From Clostridiales bacterium (GTDB taxonomy: Bacteria > Bacillota > Clostridia > Oscillospirales > Acutalibacteraceae), in contig DAITDU010000004.1 of assembly GCA_036839715.1 (NCBI GenBank), positions 5,917-69,916 on the forward strand: DNA of 64,000 nt, read 5' to 3'. Positions 37,622-46,634 of this stretch are shown in pieces. Positions within the stretch are counted from its first letter, which is position 1. Each line of letters begins with the position of its first letter. The notes beneath the pieces were generated by a model. The model saw only the letters and a list, made by a program, of their open reading frames with translations, had not been told where the DNA came from and did not search any database. The position numbers and the translations under genes were made by a program.

Positions 37622-39538
37622 TTATGCCAGGTTGTTTGTGAGGATTTCCAGCAGCACAAAGAATTCCGCACAGGTTCCGCAGAAGAAAATCCGCCGGTCT
37701 GTCGGCTTTTTTGCAAGGATACGGTCCTGCCTTGCCAGCAGTAGGATAACCGGAAGAAGCGGCAGGAAATACCTTCCCTGGATGCCCTGAAACCACTTGA
37801 CACCAACGAGTGTCCATGTCATTGCAGCATAGTTCACACCGGCAAACACCAGCAAAGCAACCGCCGCAAACCCCCACTTGTATTTTGGGGACAGGCGGGG
37901 AATCCGGTTATTCTCATCCTCCTGCCAGATGCATGCAAGGGCAAGCAAAATGTAAAAGAGATAAATCCAGAAATAATCGACATGGACATTGTGCCATGCA
38001 AGGCCGCTGCCGACCAGCTCACCCATTGTAACTTCCTTCGCATTTTTCAGCGTAGAAAGCGAAAGCAGGAAGAAGGAGCGGATATGGTGGTACATATAGC
38101 CGAGCGTATAGCGGGCCTGATTGCTCTTGGAAAGATACTCTGCGGCATTGCTTCCAGTCAGCACCAGCATCAACGCACAGGAGGCAAAAAATGTACCCCA
38201 ACGGTAGGCATACGCCCTTCGGGAATCCCCAAAGCGGCTCTTTGGGACAAACAGCGCAAACAGGCAGAAAAAGAGGTACACTTTGCTCGGTACAAGCAGC
38301 ACGATTGACAGGGCAAAAGGCAGCCAGTCTTTCCAGCTGTAAATTTCCCCCTTTGGCTTTGCCATAAGGCGCAACCAGCAGGCAACAACCAGATAGGCCA
38401 TTGGGAACATGCCAAGGTCATAGGAAACACTGCTCCCAAGGTGCAAAGCCATTGGGGAAATCGACGCAAGTGCAAAAAAGCCTTTCCGCACCGGTGCCAT
38501 CCGGATAGCAAGCGTGCACAGCAGCAGATAGACAAGGGATGCAGCAAGGCGTGCAAGGTAAAACGTGGTAATCCCATTCAGTTTAAGCAGGCGCCCCAGT
38601 GTAATGCCCAGGCCGCCTGCACAGTAAGCCGGCCCATCCCAGGAAAGCCTGCCAATCTGCTTGGTCACGAGATCTGTATCTTTTGCAGACTTTCCTACAG
38701 CGTGCCAGAGCTCCAAATAAGTTTCCTTGTCCGGCGGCTTTCCAACCCAGTAAATCTGGCTTTCCAGAGAATCAAGGTCTTCTTTCCGTGCGGTAATCAT
38801 GAAGTCGGAGCAGGAATTCCCCATCAGCCTGTCCGAAATGCGGTAAGCCTGCTGATAATGGTCATATTCATCCGGCACCGACGTAATCGGGAGGGCAATT
38901 TCAAAGGCCAGGATCAGCGGCAGCCCTACCGCGGCAAAAATCCAGTGGAGCTTCGCGTGAAAGACAAACAGCATCAGGTAGGCAAGCAAAACCGCGGCAC
39001 TGACACATGAAAAAAGAATCCAGTACCCTTTCATCAGGGTATAATTGTTTGATGAATAGCAAAACCCGTTCAAAGTGGCGTCCAGTTTCCCATCCTGCGT
39101 CACGTTGACATAAAAAGGCGTATATCCTTCCAGGACGAACTGGATCCGGATTGTTGCAGGCTTGTCCGGCCTCAGGCGTATTTGAAAATTGCTTAACACC
39201 GTGCAGTAGGCCTTGTCTGACAAGGCAGGATAATAAACCTTCTGCTGGGCAACAAGATGCCCATCAGAAGCGTAGGCGCTGGCAGTCAGATATCCGCTCG
39301 CCAGCCGGTCATTTTCCGGGCACCAGAGTGACACGCGACGCAGCACCGCATCATCGGCACAGTTGATTTCAATCGTCTGTCCGTTTTTGACTTCTTCTGT
39401 CTGTGTGACAGCATTGTCTGTGACTTTTACTGTGTCAATCTCATCAAAAATAGTATGGAAAAAATACCATCCGCATACCGCAATCACCGCACAGATTAAA
39501 ATGAAGACAGCGGTCTTTTTCCCTATCTGCCTTTTCAT
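37622..39538 (-). CDS. Polytopic membrane protein, DUF2142-like putative glycosyl/polymer transferase with N-terminal extracytoplasmic domain
   Basis: About 640 aa. Signal-anchor, then a soluble beta-rich region of about 170 aa, then more than 10 TM helices beginning with a PDEYDHYQ motif. ATG 39538 has an AAAGGG SD; the ORF track starts at 39565. Confidence 0.6.
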   Translation of the reverse strand: MKRQIGKKTAVFILICAVIAVCGWYFFHTIFDEIDTVKVTDNAVTQTEEVKNGQTIEINCADDAVLRRVSLWCPENDRLASGYLTASAYASDGHLVAQQKVYYPALSDKAYCTVLSNFQIRLRPDKPATIRIQFVLEGYTPFYVNVTQDGKLDATLNGFCYSSNNYTLMKGYWILFSCVSAAVLLAYLMLFVFHAKLHWIFAAVGLPLILAFEIALPITSVPDEYDHYQQAYRISDRLMGNSCSDFMITARKEDLDSLESQIYWVGKPPDKETYLELWHAVGKSAKDTDLVTKQIGRLSWDGPAYCAGGLGITLGRLLKLNGITTFYLARLAASLVYLLLCTLAIRMAPVRKGFFALASISPMALHLGSSVSYDLGMFPMAYLVVACWLRLMAKPKGEIYSWKDWLPFALSIVLLVPSKVYLFFCLFALFVPKSRFGDSRRAYAYRWGTFFASCALMLVLTGSNAAEYLSKSNQARYTLGYMYHHIRSFFLLSLSTLKNAKEVTMGELVGSGLAWHNVHVDYFWIYLFYILLALACIWQEDENNRIPRLSPKYKWGFAAVALLVFAGVNYAAMTWTLVGVKWFQGIQGRYFLPLLPVILLLARQDRILAKKPTDRRIFFCGTCAEFFVLLEILTNNLA

Positions 39539-39677
39539 GGCAATTACCCTTTCCGTTATTTTCATCCGGGCACTGTGCCGGTAGCAGAATGTGAAACCGG
39601 TATCTGTTTTCTGCCCTGGCCCGCGCCAGTAATAAAGTCCAACTAGTATTTTATTTTTAAATTATCCATCTAGTTTA

Positions 39678-40217
39678 TCAGCGCAGGTTTGTTGGCACAA
39701 CTGTTTCAGCCTGTGCTATACCAGAGTTTTGGAAAGAAACTTTAAGTTCCCGGTCTGGTACAGAAAGTGTCTCCGGAATTCCTGTTTTCCCGTTCGCCGT
39801 CAACTGAAATTCACAGCCTTTAAGACTGCCGGAAAAAGTATTCTGCCCATCTGCTGCCAATGCGCCCGGTTTTTCTGCACAGTCCAGGATGGTCACAAGC
39901 AGGGCCGGAAAAGAATCGTCCGGCAGTGCGCACGTTCCGCTTTGGGCTGAAAGGCCACAGTAAGTTGCAGTAAAGTTGCTGCCGCTCCAATACCATTTTA
40001 ACCCCTTTCCGTTGCCGGAGAGAATTTCAACTGTTGCGTCCTCCTGCCCGGAACGGCAGAATTCACAGATAAATTCACCGCTTGGGCAAGTTGCATCAGC
40101 ACGACAGGAAAATATAAAGTTAAGGTCTTTGGGTTCAAGCGTCTTACCGCCCGACGAACATCCAAACAGAAACAGAAAACTGAAAGCAAAGCAGAAAGCA
40201 AGAAAGCGCTTCATCAA
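39678..40217 (-). CDS. Cys-rich lipoprotein, unknown function
   Basis: 179 aa. Lipobox LFLFGC at residues 15-20. Eight further cysteines in the mature part. Confidence 0.7.
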   Translation of the reverse strand: MMKRFLAFCFAFSFLFLFGCSSGGKTLEPKDLNFIFSCRADATCPSGEFICEFCRSGQEDATVEILSGNGKGLKWYWSGSNFTATYCGLSAQSGTCALPDDSFPALLVTILDCAEKPGALAADGQNTFSGSLKGCEFQLTANGKTGIPETLSVPDRELKVSFQNSGIAQAETVVPTNLR

Positions 40218-40255
40218 CCGCCTCCGAAGAAAGCGGAAAGCCGCTTTTCCCGCGG

Positions 40256-41497
40256 CTACCGCCCGATTTTCAGGAACAGCTCCGGAAGCATGTCAAGGAG
40301 GTCCGTCGGCAGCATGGCACTTTGCGATTTTTCCGCCGCACAGAAATCACCGGCCAGTCCATGCAGATAAACTGCACCTACTGCTGCATCGTAAGGAGCA
40401 ATCCCCTGGGCAGCAAAAGAAGCTGTCATGCCCGCAAGGACATCACCGCTGCCTCCTTTTGCCATGCCGGGGTTTCCCGTAGAATTGCGGTACAGCCTTC
40501 CGTCTGGTGCAGCGACAAGCGTTCCTGCACCTTTCAGGACAAGGATGACATGGTGCTCAGAAGAAAAGCAGCGTGCAATTTCTTCCCGGTGCGACTGCAC
40601 TTCGGCGGCCGTAGTGCCCAGCAGGCGGGCCATCTCCCCTGGATGCGGCGTCAGGATCAGCGGCTCCCGGCACGTCTCCAGAGAATATTTATGCTTTGCA
40701 ACATAATTTATGCCGTCTGCGTCCACAACAACCGGCACAGTTGATTCTTTCAGGACCTGAGCGGCAACCGAAGCATTCTTTCCGAGACCACATCCGGTAA
40801 GGATAGCACTCGAACGGGAAATCGCCCCCGAAAGTACCCTTTTGTCATCCGCAGAAAGCGAACCGTCCGGAAGCGGATGAAGCAGTGTAAATACCGGTTC
40901 AGCAAGCCGCGAGGCAACAATCGGATAAATGGAAAACGGTAGTGCAGCTTCCACAAGGCCCGCGCCACACCGCAGCGCAGCGCCAATGCTCATGGCTGCG
41001 GCACCAGCCATTCCCTCACTGCCACAGACACAGAGGAGCCGGCCATAATCGCCTTTATTGCTTTCCGCCGCACGCGGCTTCAGCATTGTGCGAAGGGTGC
41101 GCAGACCTTCACAGTCTGAAAGCGGCTCTACAGCTGGCCCCACAGCAGCAACAACAGCAGAGGCATACTCTTCCGTATGGGTTATGCTCACGGAAAATTT
41201 TGCACCGGCTGCAAGTTTTTGTGCACTGCCGGAAAGCCTGAGGAACGGCTTCCCTGTCTTTTCCATACGGAGAAGCTGCACATCTGGAAGGCGGAACGAC
41301 CAAATTCCGGTTCCCATAGCCTTTGCAAACGCTTCTTTCGCACAGAAATCAGCAGCAGCACTGGGGGCAGGGAAACCGTGCGCCGTAAGCTGGGAAAGCT
41401 CGCCGCTTCCAAATACCTTTTCGCGGAAACGCAGATTTTCCATCAGTCTGCGAATCCGTCCGATTTCAATAAGGTCAGTTCCTACCGAAAGCAACAA
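40256..41497 (-). CDS. acpS: Fusion of holo-ACP synthase (AcpS) and ADP-dependent NAD(P)H-hydrate dehydratase (NnrD, YjeF C-terminal domain)
   Basis: The N-terminal ~120 aa (VGTDLIEIGRI...FCAKEAFAKAMGTGI...ITHTEEYA) are AcpS-like. The remainder (KGDYGRLLCVCGSEGMAGAA...GNPGMAKGGSGDVLAG) is carbohydrate-kinase/NnrD-like. A TTG start near 41497 follows AGGTGG. The longer ORF-track start overlaps the upstream gene. Confidence 0.75.
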   Translation of the reverse strand: MLLSVGTDLIEIGRIRRLMENLRFREKVFGSGELSQLTAHGFPAPSAAADFCAKEAFAKAMGTGIWSFRLPDVQLLRMEKTGKPFLRLSGSAQKLAAGAKFSVSITHTEEYASAVVAAVGPAVEPLSDCEGLRTLRTMLKPRAAESNKGDYGRLLCVCGSEGMAGAAAMSIGAALRCGAGLVEAALPFSIYPIVASRLAEPVFTLLHPLPDGSLSADDKRVLSGAISRSSAILTGCGLGKNASVAAQVLKESTVPVVVDADGINYVAKHKYSLETCREPLILTPHPGEMARLLGTTAAEVQSHREEIARCFSSEHHVILVLKGAGTLVAAPDGRLYRNSTGNPGMAKGGSGDVLAGMTASFAAQGIAPYDAAVGAVYLHGLAGDFCAAEKSQSAMLPTDLLDMLPELFLKIGR

Positions 41498-41984
41498 AAG
41501 CCACCTGCCTCGGGATAAACGGTTTAATTGCCTCCATTGTCTTTGACTCGGGGCTGAAAACGACAAGCATATTCCCGTTTTTCGTCGTATGTGCACAGAA
41601 ATACCATGCATCTTTTCCACTGTCATATTCCGAGACAAAGCACGGCTTAAAATTGGGTTTCTCCTTAATAAGTTCCGGGCGGAACTTCCCAATCTCCTCA
41701 ATCTCGTGTGCATCAACGGTCAACACATGCTTGCGCTTGCTGCGGTTGATTATTTTATCAATAGTGATGCTTCCGTTTGTAACGCTGTACTCAAACTCCA
41801 AATTGCGGGAAGCAATTAGGTAATAAGCAACAAAGAAGACAGCAAGCCAGATAAAAAAAGTAAAAAGCGGAACCCGTAAGGAAAGGAAAACAATAATAAT
41901 GGTGCCAATGATCGCCGCGGCAATGATGGCATAATCTTTCGGTCCATGTTTCTTTTTGACCAACTGCTCCACAAAAATGTCCAT
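41475..41984 (-). CDS. Hypothetical membrane protein (two TM helices plus soluble C-terminal domain)
   Basis: Start taken at MDIFVEQLVKKKHG (ATG 41984). I recognise no family. Confidence 0.5.
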   Translation of the reverse strand: MDIFVEQLVKKKHGPKDYAIIAAAIIGTIIIVFLSLRVPLFTFFIWLAVFFVAYYLIASRNLEFEYSVTNGSITIDKIINRSKRKHVLTVDAHEIEEIGKFRPELIKEKPNFKPCFVSEYDSGKDAWYFCAHTTKNGNMLVVFSPESKTMEAIKPFIPRQVAFVAFGRN

Positions 41985-42142
41985 TCTGCGCCTCCGGAAA
42001 AGATTTTTTATTTTATTGCCTATACTATAAAACAAAACAGGAATTCATAATAGTTTTATTTTACCATACTGTCCTCCGTTTTACAATTCAAAAAAAGCTA
42101 AACTCAATGGGGAGGCTGCCGTTTGCCTTTCCTACAAATTTC

Positions 42143-42171
42143 TTGCAATTACAGCCGCGCCGTGTTATAGT
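42143..42171 (+). promoter_or_regulatory. Sigma-A type promoter of the pheST leader
   Basis: TTGCAA, 17 nt spacer, TATAGT. Confidence 0.65.
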
Positions 42172-42184
42172 ATAGAGGAATTTC

Positions 42185-42431
42185 ATAGGTTAAAGAAACG
42201 CTGGGAAAAAGGAAGTAGCCATTCTCCGCACCTCCGGCAGAGAGAGCATGCCACCGGCTGAGAGCATGCTGAGCAGGCTGGAAAATGGTGAAGTTCCCTT
42301 TGGAGCGGTGCCGCTGAACATTTTTCAGTAGGCGGTGACGGTTTGCCCCGTTAAACAGCAGAAGAGTGAATCGTAGGGTGGTACCGCGGAGAACTGAGCC
42401 TTCGCCCCTTTTTGGGGGCGAAGGCTTTTTG
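42185..42431 (+). promoter_or_regulatory. T-box riboswitch leader (Phe-specific by context) with intrinsic terminator
   Basis: Stem I elements (AGAGAG ... GGCTGAGAG). A TTC triplet at 42294..42296 on the descending strand. Conserved T-box sequence AATCGTAGGGTGGTACCGCGG at 42369..42389. Terminator GCCTTCGCCCC / GGGGCGAAGGC plus T5 at 42398..42430. Confidence 0.85.
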
Positions 42432-42475
42432 CTTTTTCGTATCCGACAAAGAGAAGGAGAAAGGACCGACAGAAG

Positions 42476-43501
42476 ATGGCAATGAAGGAGAAGCTGGAAT
42501 CAATCCGTGAGGCTGCGGAGCACGACCTCCGGGATGCTGGCGACAGACAGGCATTGGAAAGCCTGCGGATCCGCTACCTCGGCAAAAAAGGTGAACTCAC
42601 TTCTATCCTGAAAAAGATGGGTGAGCTTTCGGCAGAAGAGCGCCCTGCCATAGGAAAACTTGCAAATGAAATCCGTGCTCGCATTGAGGCAGAACTGGCT
42701 GCACGCGCGGCAGAGCTTCAGGATGCTGAGCAAAAGAAGCGGATGGAAAAGGAAAAGATTGACGTCACCATGCCCGGGAAGCGCCATGGACTCGGCCATA
42801 AGCACCCGCTGAGCATTGAGCTTGATGAAATCAAGGAAATCTTTATCGGGCTTGGGTTTGACATTGTCAGCGGCCCGGAGGTGGAATATGACTACTATAA
42901 CTTTGAGGCGCTGAATATTCCAAAAGACCATCCGTCGCGTGATACACAGGACACTTTTTATATCAATGACAAAATTCTCCTCCGCACGCAGACTTCTCCC
43001 GTGCAGGTGCGTGTGATGGAAAAGCAGAAACCGCCCATCCGCATCATTAGTCCAGGCAGGGTTTACCGCTCCGATGCGGTAGATGCAACGCACTCCCCGC
43101 TTTTCCATCAGATTGAAGGGCTTGTTGTCGACAAGGGCATCACGTTTGCCAACCTCAAGGGGACACTGGAAATCATCATAAAGCGTATGTACGGGGAAGA
43201 TTCCGTTGTCCGTTTCCGCCCGCATCATTTTCCGTTCACAGAACCTTCCGCCGAAGTAGATGTCCAGTGCTTTGCCTGCCATGGAAAAGGCTGCCGCCTC
43301 TGCAAAGGGGAAGGCTGGATTGAGCTGCTCGGCTGCGGCATGGTGCACCCAAAAGTGCTTTCAAACTGCGGCATTGACCCTGAAATCTACAGCGGCTTCG
43401 CGTTCGGCATGGGGCTTGAGCGCCTTGTTATGCGAAAATACAGCATTGACGACATGCGCCTGTTCTATGAGAATGACACAAGATTTCTGAAACAGTTTTA
43501 A
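42476..43501 (+). CDS. pheS: Phenylalanine--tRNA ligase alpha subunit
   Basis: 341 aa. Class II motifs ([23 protein letters not shown]). Confidence 0.97.
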   Translation: MAMKEKLESIREAAEHDLRDAGDRQALESLRIRYLGKKGELTSILKKMGELSAEERPAIGKLANEIRARIEAELAARAAELQDAEQKKRMEKEKIDVTMPGKRHGLGHKHPLSIELDEIKEIFIGLGFDIVSGPEVEYDYYNFEALNIPKDHPSRDTQDTFYINDKILLRTQTSPVQVRVMEKQKPPIRIISPGRVYRSDAVDATHSPLFHQIEGLVVDKGITFANLKGTLEIIIKRMYGEDSVVRFRPHHFPFTEPSAEVDVQCFACHGKGCRLCKGEGWIELLGCGMVHPKVLSNCGIDPEIYSGFAFGMGLERLVMRKYSIDDMRLFYENDTRFLKQF

Positions 43502-43516
43502 GGAGGTGCGGAAATT

Positions 43517-45901
43517 ATGAACCTTTCAATGAGATGGCTGAAAACATTCATTCCGCTTGACGAAATGCCAATCCGGAACTTTACGGAAGCGATGACAATG
43601 AGCGGCTCCAAAGTGGAAAGCTGGGAGCAGGAAGGGGCCGAAATCTCCAACGTAGTCGTTGGAAAGGTCGTTTCCCTGGAGCGGCATCCAGACTCCGACC
43701 ATTTGTGGATTACAAAAACGGATGTTGGCTCCGGTGAGCCTTTGCAGATTGTCACCGGAGCACAGAACCTCAAGGTCGGAGACATTGTGCCTGTTGCGCT
43801 GCATAATTCAACGCTGCCGGGCGGAAAAAAGATTAAGCGGGGCAAGCTCCGCGGCGCAGAAAGCAATGGGATGCTCTGCTCGCTCGGCGAGCTTGGTCTT
43901 ACCAAACATGACTTCCCCTATGCAACGGAAGACGGCATTTTTGTCCTGCAAGAGGAAAACATCCATCTTGGCCAGCCAATCTGTGAAGCGCTTGGCTTTA
44001 ATGACTGGAAAGTAGAGTTTGAAATTACCAACAACCGCCCGGACTGTTTTTCCATGATTGGGCTTGCCCGTGAAGCGGCTGCAACGTTTGGGAAGCCTCT
44101 CAGTCTGCATACCCCGTCTGTAAAAGGCGGCGCAGGCCCCTGTGCTGATTTGCTGAAGGTCAAGGTGGAAGCACCGGACCTTTGCTCAATGTATTCTGCC
44201 CGTGTTGTGAAAAACGTCCGCGTAAAACCATCCCCGCGCTGGATGCGGGAACGCCTGCGCGCCATGGGCGTGCGCCCAATCAACAATATTGTGGACATCA
44301 CAAATTATGTAATGTTAGAATATGGCCAGCCGATGCACTCTTTCGATTACCGCTTCCTTTCTGGCCATGAAATTCATGTACGCCGTGCAGCAAAGGGTGA
44401 AAGCATTACAACGCTGGATGGAACCAAACATCTGCTTAAGCCGGACAATCTTGTCATTGCGGATGTGGAAAAACCTGTTGCCGTAGCCGGTGTGATGGGT
44501 GGGGAAAACAGCGAAATTATCGGTGATACGACGGCCATTGTATTTGAGTCCGCCTGTTTTAACGGCACTTCCGTCCGCAGGACAGCACGTTCCCTCGGTA
44601 TGAGAACAGATGCCTCCGGCCTTTATGAAAAAGGGCTTGACCCAAACAACTGCCTGCCTGCACTCAACCGGGCATGTGAGCTTGTGGAACTGCTTGATGC
44701 CGGCGATGTGACGGATGGCTCCGTCATTGTGAAAAACTTCATACCGGGGCGCAGGAAAGTCCGTCTGGAACCCGACTGGATTAACCGCTTCCTCGACATT
44801 CACCTGACAGCGGACGAGATGAAAGGGATTCTCCGGAAGCTCAACTGCGAATTTGACGGCGAAGATATTATCGTCCCCACTTTCCGCCCGGACCTCGTGC
44901 ATAAAGCGGATATTGCAGAGGAAATTGCACGGTTTTACGGTTATGATAAAATTCCATGCACATCCCTTAGCGGCGGCGCACAGGGCAGGTACACGGTCCG
45001 CCAGAAATTTGACCGCAGGGTTGGGGATACAATGCTTGCGCTCGGCGCCAGTGAAATTATGACATATTCTTTCATCAGCCCGAAATACTATGATAAGATT
45101 CTTATGCCAAAGGACTGCCCGCTGCGAAAATCCGTGACAATCGCCAACCCACTCGGCGAGGATACGTCCATCATGCGCACTACGGCGCTTCCTTCCATGA
45201 TGGAAACCCTGGCGCGGAACTACAATAACCGCAACGAAGGCGTCTGCCTCTACGAAATGGCTACCATTTACCTGCCGGCGGCGGACGGCCAGCTTCCGGA
45301 AGAAAAGCCCATGCTCATCTGCGGCATGTATGGGGAAGGCTATGATTTCTTTACGGCAAAAGGAATGGTAGAAGAACTGCTTGAGCGCCTCGGCATTACG
45401 GACTGGAAGATAGAAGCCAGCCCAGACGAATACAGCTATCATCCCGGGCGCTGTGGAAAGCTGACAGCCACCGATGGGGAAGTCCTCGGCGTGATTGGTG
45501 AAATTCATCCAAAAGTACTTGCAAATTACGGCATGGATTGCCGCGCAGTTTCCTTCACGCTTGATGCGGATACTCTGTTCCGCCACGCAAAACTGGAAAA
45601 GACCTATGAACCGCTTCCAAAGTTTCCCGCCGTATCGCGTGACCTTGCTCTTGTCTGCGATGAAAATCTGCCTGTTGCAAAACTGGATCATGCAATCCGC
45701 TCCGGTGCAGGCGCCCTGCTGGAAAAAGTAAAGCTTTTTGACATTTACCGAGGCAAGCAGATAGAAGGCGGCAAGAAGAGTGTGGCATTCAGTGTAACGC
45801 TGCGTTCTGCAGACAACACTTTGACTGACGAGCATGTTTCTTCCGTGATGAAAAAAGTGATTCGGGAGCTGGAAAAAGCCGGTGCAACACTGCGTTTGTA
45901 A
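43517..45901 (+). CDS. pheT: Phenylalanine--tRNA ligase beta subunit
   Basis: 794 aa. [14 protein letters not shown]-terminus, with tRNA-binding, B3/4, B5 and FDX-ACB regions recognisable. Confidence 0.97.
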   Translation: MNLSMRWLKTFIPLDEMPIRNFTEAMTMSGSKVESWEQEGAEISNVVVGKVVSLERHPDSDHLWITKTDVGSGEPLQIVTGAQNLKVGDIVPVALHNSTLPGGKKIKRGKLRGAESNGMLCSLGELGLTKHDFPYATEDGIFVLQEENIHLGQPICEALGFNDWKVEFEITNNRPDCFSMIGLAREAAATFGKPLSLHTPSVKGGAGPCADLLKVKVEAPDLCSMYSARVVKNVRVKPSPRWMRERLRAMGVRPINNIVDITNYVMLEYGQPMHSFDYRFLSGHEIHVRRAAKGESITTLDGTKHLLKPDNLVIADVEKPVAVAGVMGGENSEIIGDTTAIVFESACFNGTSVRRTARSLGMRTDASGLYEKGLDPNNCLPALNRACELVELLDAGDVTDGSVIVKNFIPGRRKVRLEPDWINRFLDIHLTADEMKGILRKLNCEFDGEDIIVPTFRPDLVHKADIAEEIARFYGYDKIPCTSLSGGAQGRYTVRQKFDRRVGDTMLALGASEIMTYSFISPKYYDKILMPKDCPLRKSVTIANPLGEDTSIMRTTALPSMMETLARNYNNRNEGVCLYEMATIYLPAADGQLPEEKPMLICGMYGEGYDFFTAKGMVEELLERLGITDWKIEASPDEYSYHPGRCGKLTATDGEVLGVIGEIHPKVLANYGMDCRAVSFTLDADTLFRHAKLEKTYEPLPKFPAVSRDLALVCDENLPVAKLDHAIRSGAGALLEKVKLFDIYRGKQIEGGKKSVAFSVTLRSADNTLTDEHVSSVMKKVIRELEKAGATLRL

Positions 45902-45971
45902 TACAGAGCGTAATTTCTCCTTGCAATTAGCTGCGCTTTATTGTATGATAAGCGTTATGGGAGGTGTTACC

Positions 45972-46217
45972 ATGCTTGATAAGACGATGACCTTTTCTCT
46001 TGGCGGCAATCGTGAAGAAATTATCCGCGATACTCTTACGACGGTCTATGATGCGCTGAAGGAAAAAGGTTATAATCCCATCAATCAAATTGTGGGGTAT
46101 ATCCTCTCCGAAGACCCGACCTATATTACGACGCACAACAATGCCCGCAGCTTAATACGCAGGATTGACCGCGATGAACTGCTGCAGGTTTTGCTAAAAT
46201 CATACCTGGGAGAGTAA
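45972..46217 (+). CDS. ireB: IreB family regulatory phosphoprotein (UPF0297/YrzL)
   Basis: 81 aa. TMTFSLGG...[39 protein letters not shown]. Confidence 0.8.
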   Translation: MLDKTMTFSLGGNREEIIRDTLTTVYDALKEKGYNPINQIVGYILSEDPTYITTHNNARSLIRRIDRDELLQVLLKSYLGE

Positions 46218-46262
46218 CGGCCCACCGCAGGTCTCCCCAATGTAGCAGGAGGTAAACCGTGA

Positions 46263-46565
46263 ATGGAAAACAAGACCGAAAAGGAGCCGCAGTTCCCTTC
46301 ATATAAGGGAAAGCCGCTTGTGCGCTGTGGTGATGTTTTGTATTATGGAAGTATGCTGGACCGCTATGTGGTCCGTCTTGAAATTAAAAGCAAGAAAAAA
46401 GTAAAGGATTTGGAAATTGCCGACCATGTCTCCATTCAGTTAATGAGGACGGACCGCGCTTCGCAGAACCATAAGCAGATTGTAAAAACCAGCGAAAAAA
46501 ATGGTCTTTACCTTGCCATGGATCTTGCGGATGTCTGGCTGAGAAGAGCACTTACTGAAGCCTGA
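46263..46565 (+). CDS. Hypothetical small basic protein
   Basis: 100 aa. GGAGG upstream. Followed by a strong bidirectional terminator. I recognise no family. Confidence 0.45.
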   Translation: MENKTEKEPQFPSYKGKPLVRCGDVLYYGSMLDRYVVRLEIKSKKKVKDLEIADHVSIQLMRTDRASQNHKQIVKTSEKNGLYLAMDLADVWLRRALTEA

Positions 46566-46580
46566 CTGCAAAAAAGCAAA

Positions 46581-46617
46581 GCAGCCCGGAGCTAAAATAG
46601 CTCCGGGCTGCTTTTTT
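46581..46617. terminator. Bidirectional rho-independent terminator between the hypothetical gene and purD
   Basis: Perfect 12 bp stem GCAGCCCGGAGC / GCTCCGGGCTGC. T6 on the plus side. An A-rich stretch (AAAAAGCAAA, revcomp TTTGCTTTTT) gives a weaker, interrupted U-tract on the minus side. Confidence 0.85.
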
Positions 46618-46634
46618 GTATCCGGGAAGAACTA

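Noticed and set aside
41498-41716. N-terminal extension of the AcpS-NnrD ORF (73 extra codons)
   Set aside because: It overlaps the C-terminal part of the upstream membrane-protein gene and is Arg/Ser-rich junk-like sequence. AcpS proteins start immediately before the GTD motif, and a TTG with AGGTGG is present there.
44315-45835. 506-codon ORF on the minus strand
   Set aside because: It is antisense to pheT. It has no SD, no recognisable domain, and a composition typical of a mirror frame.
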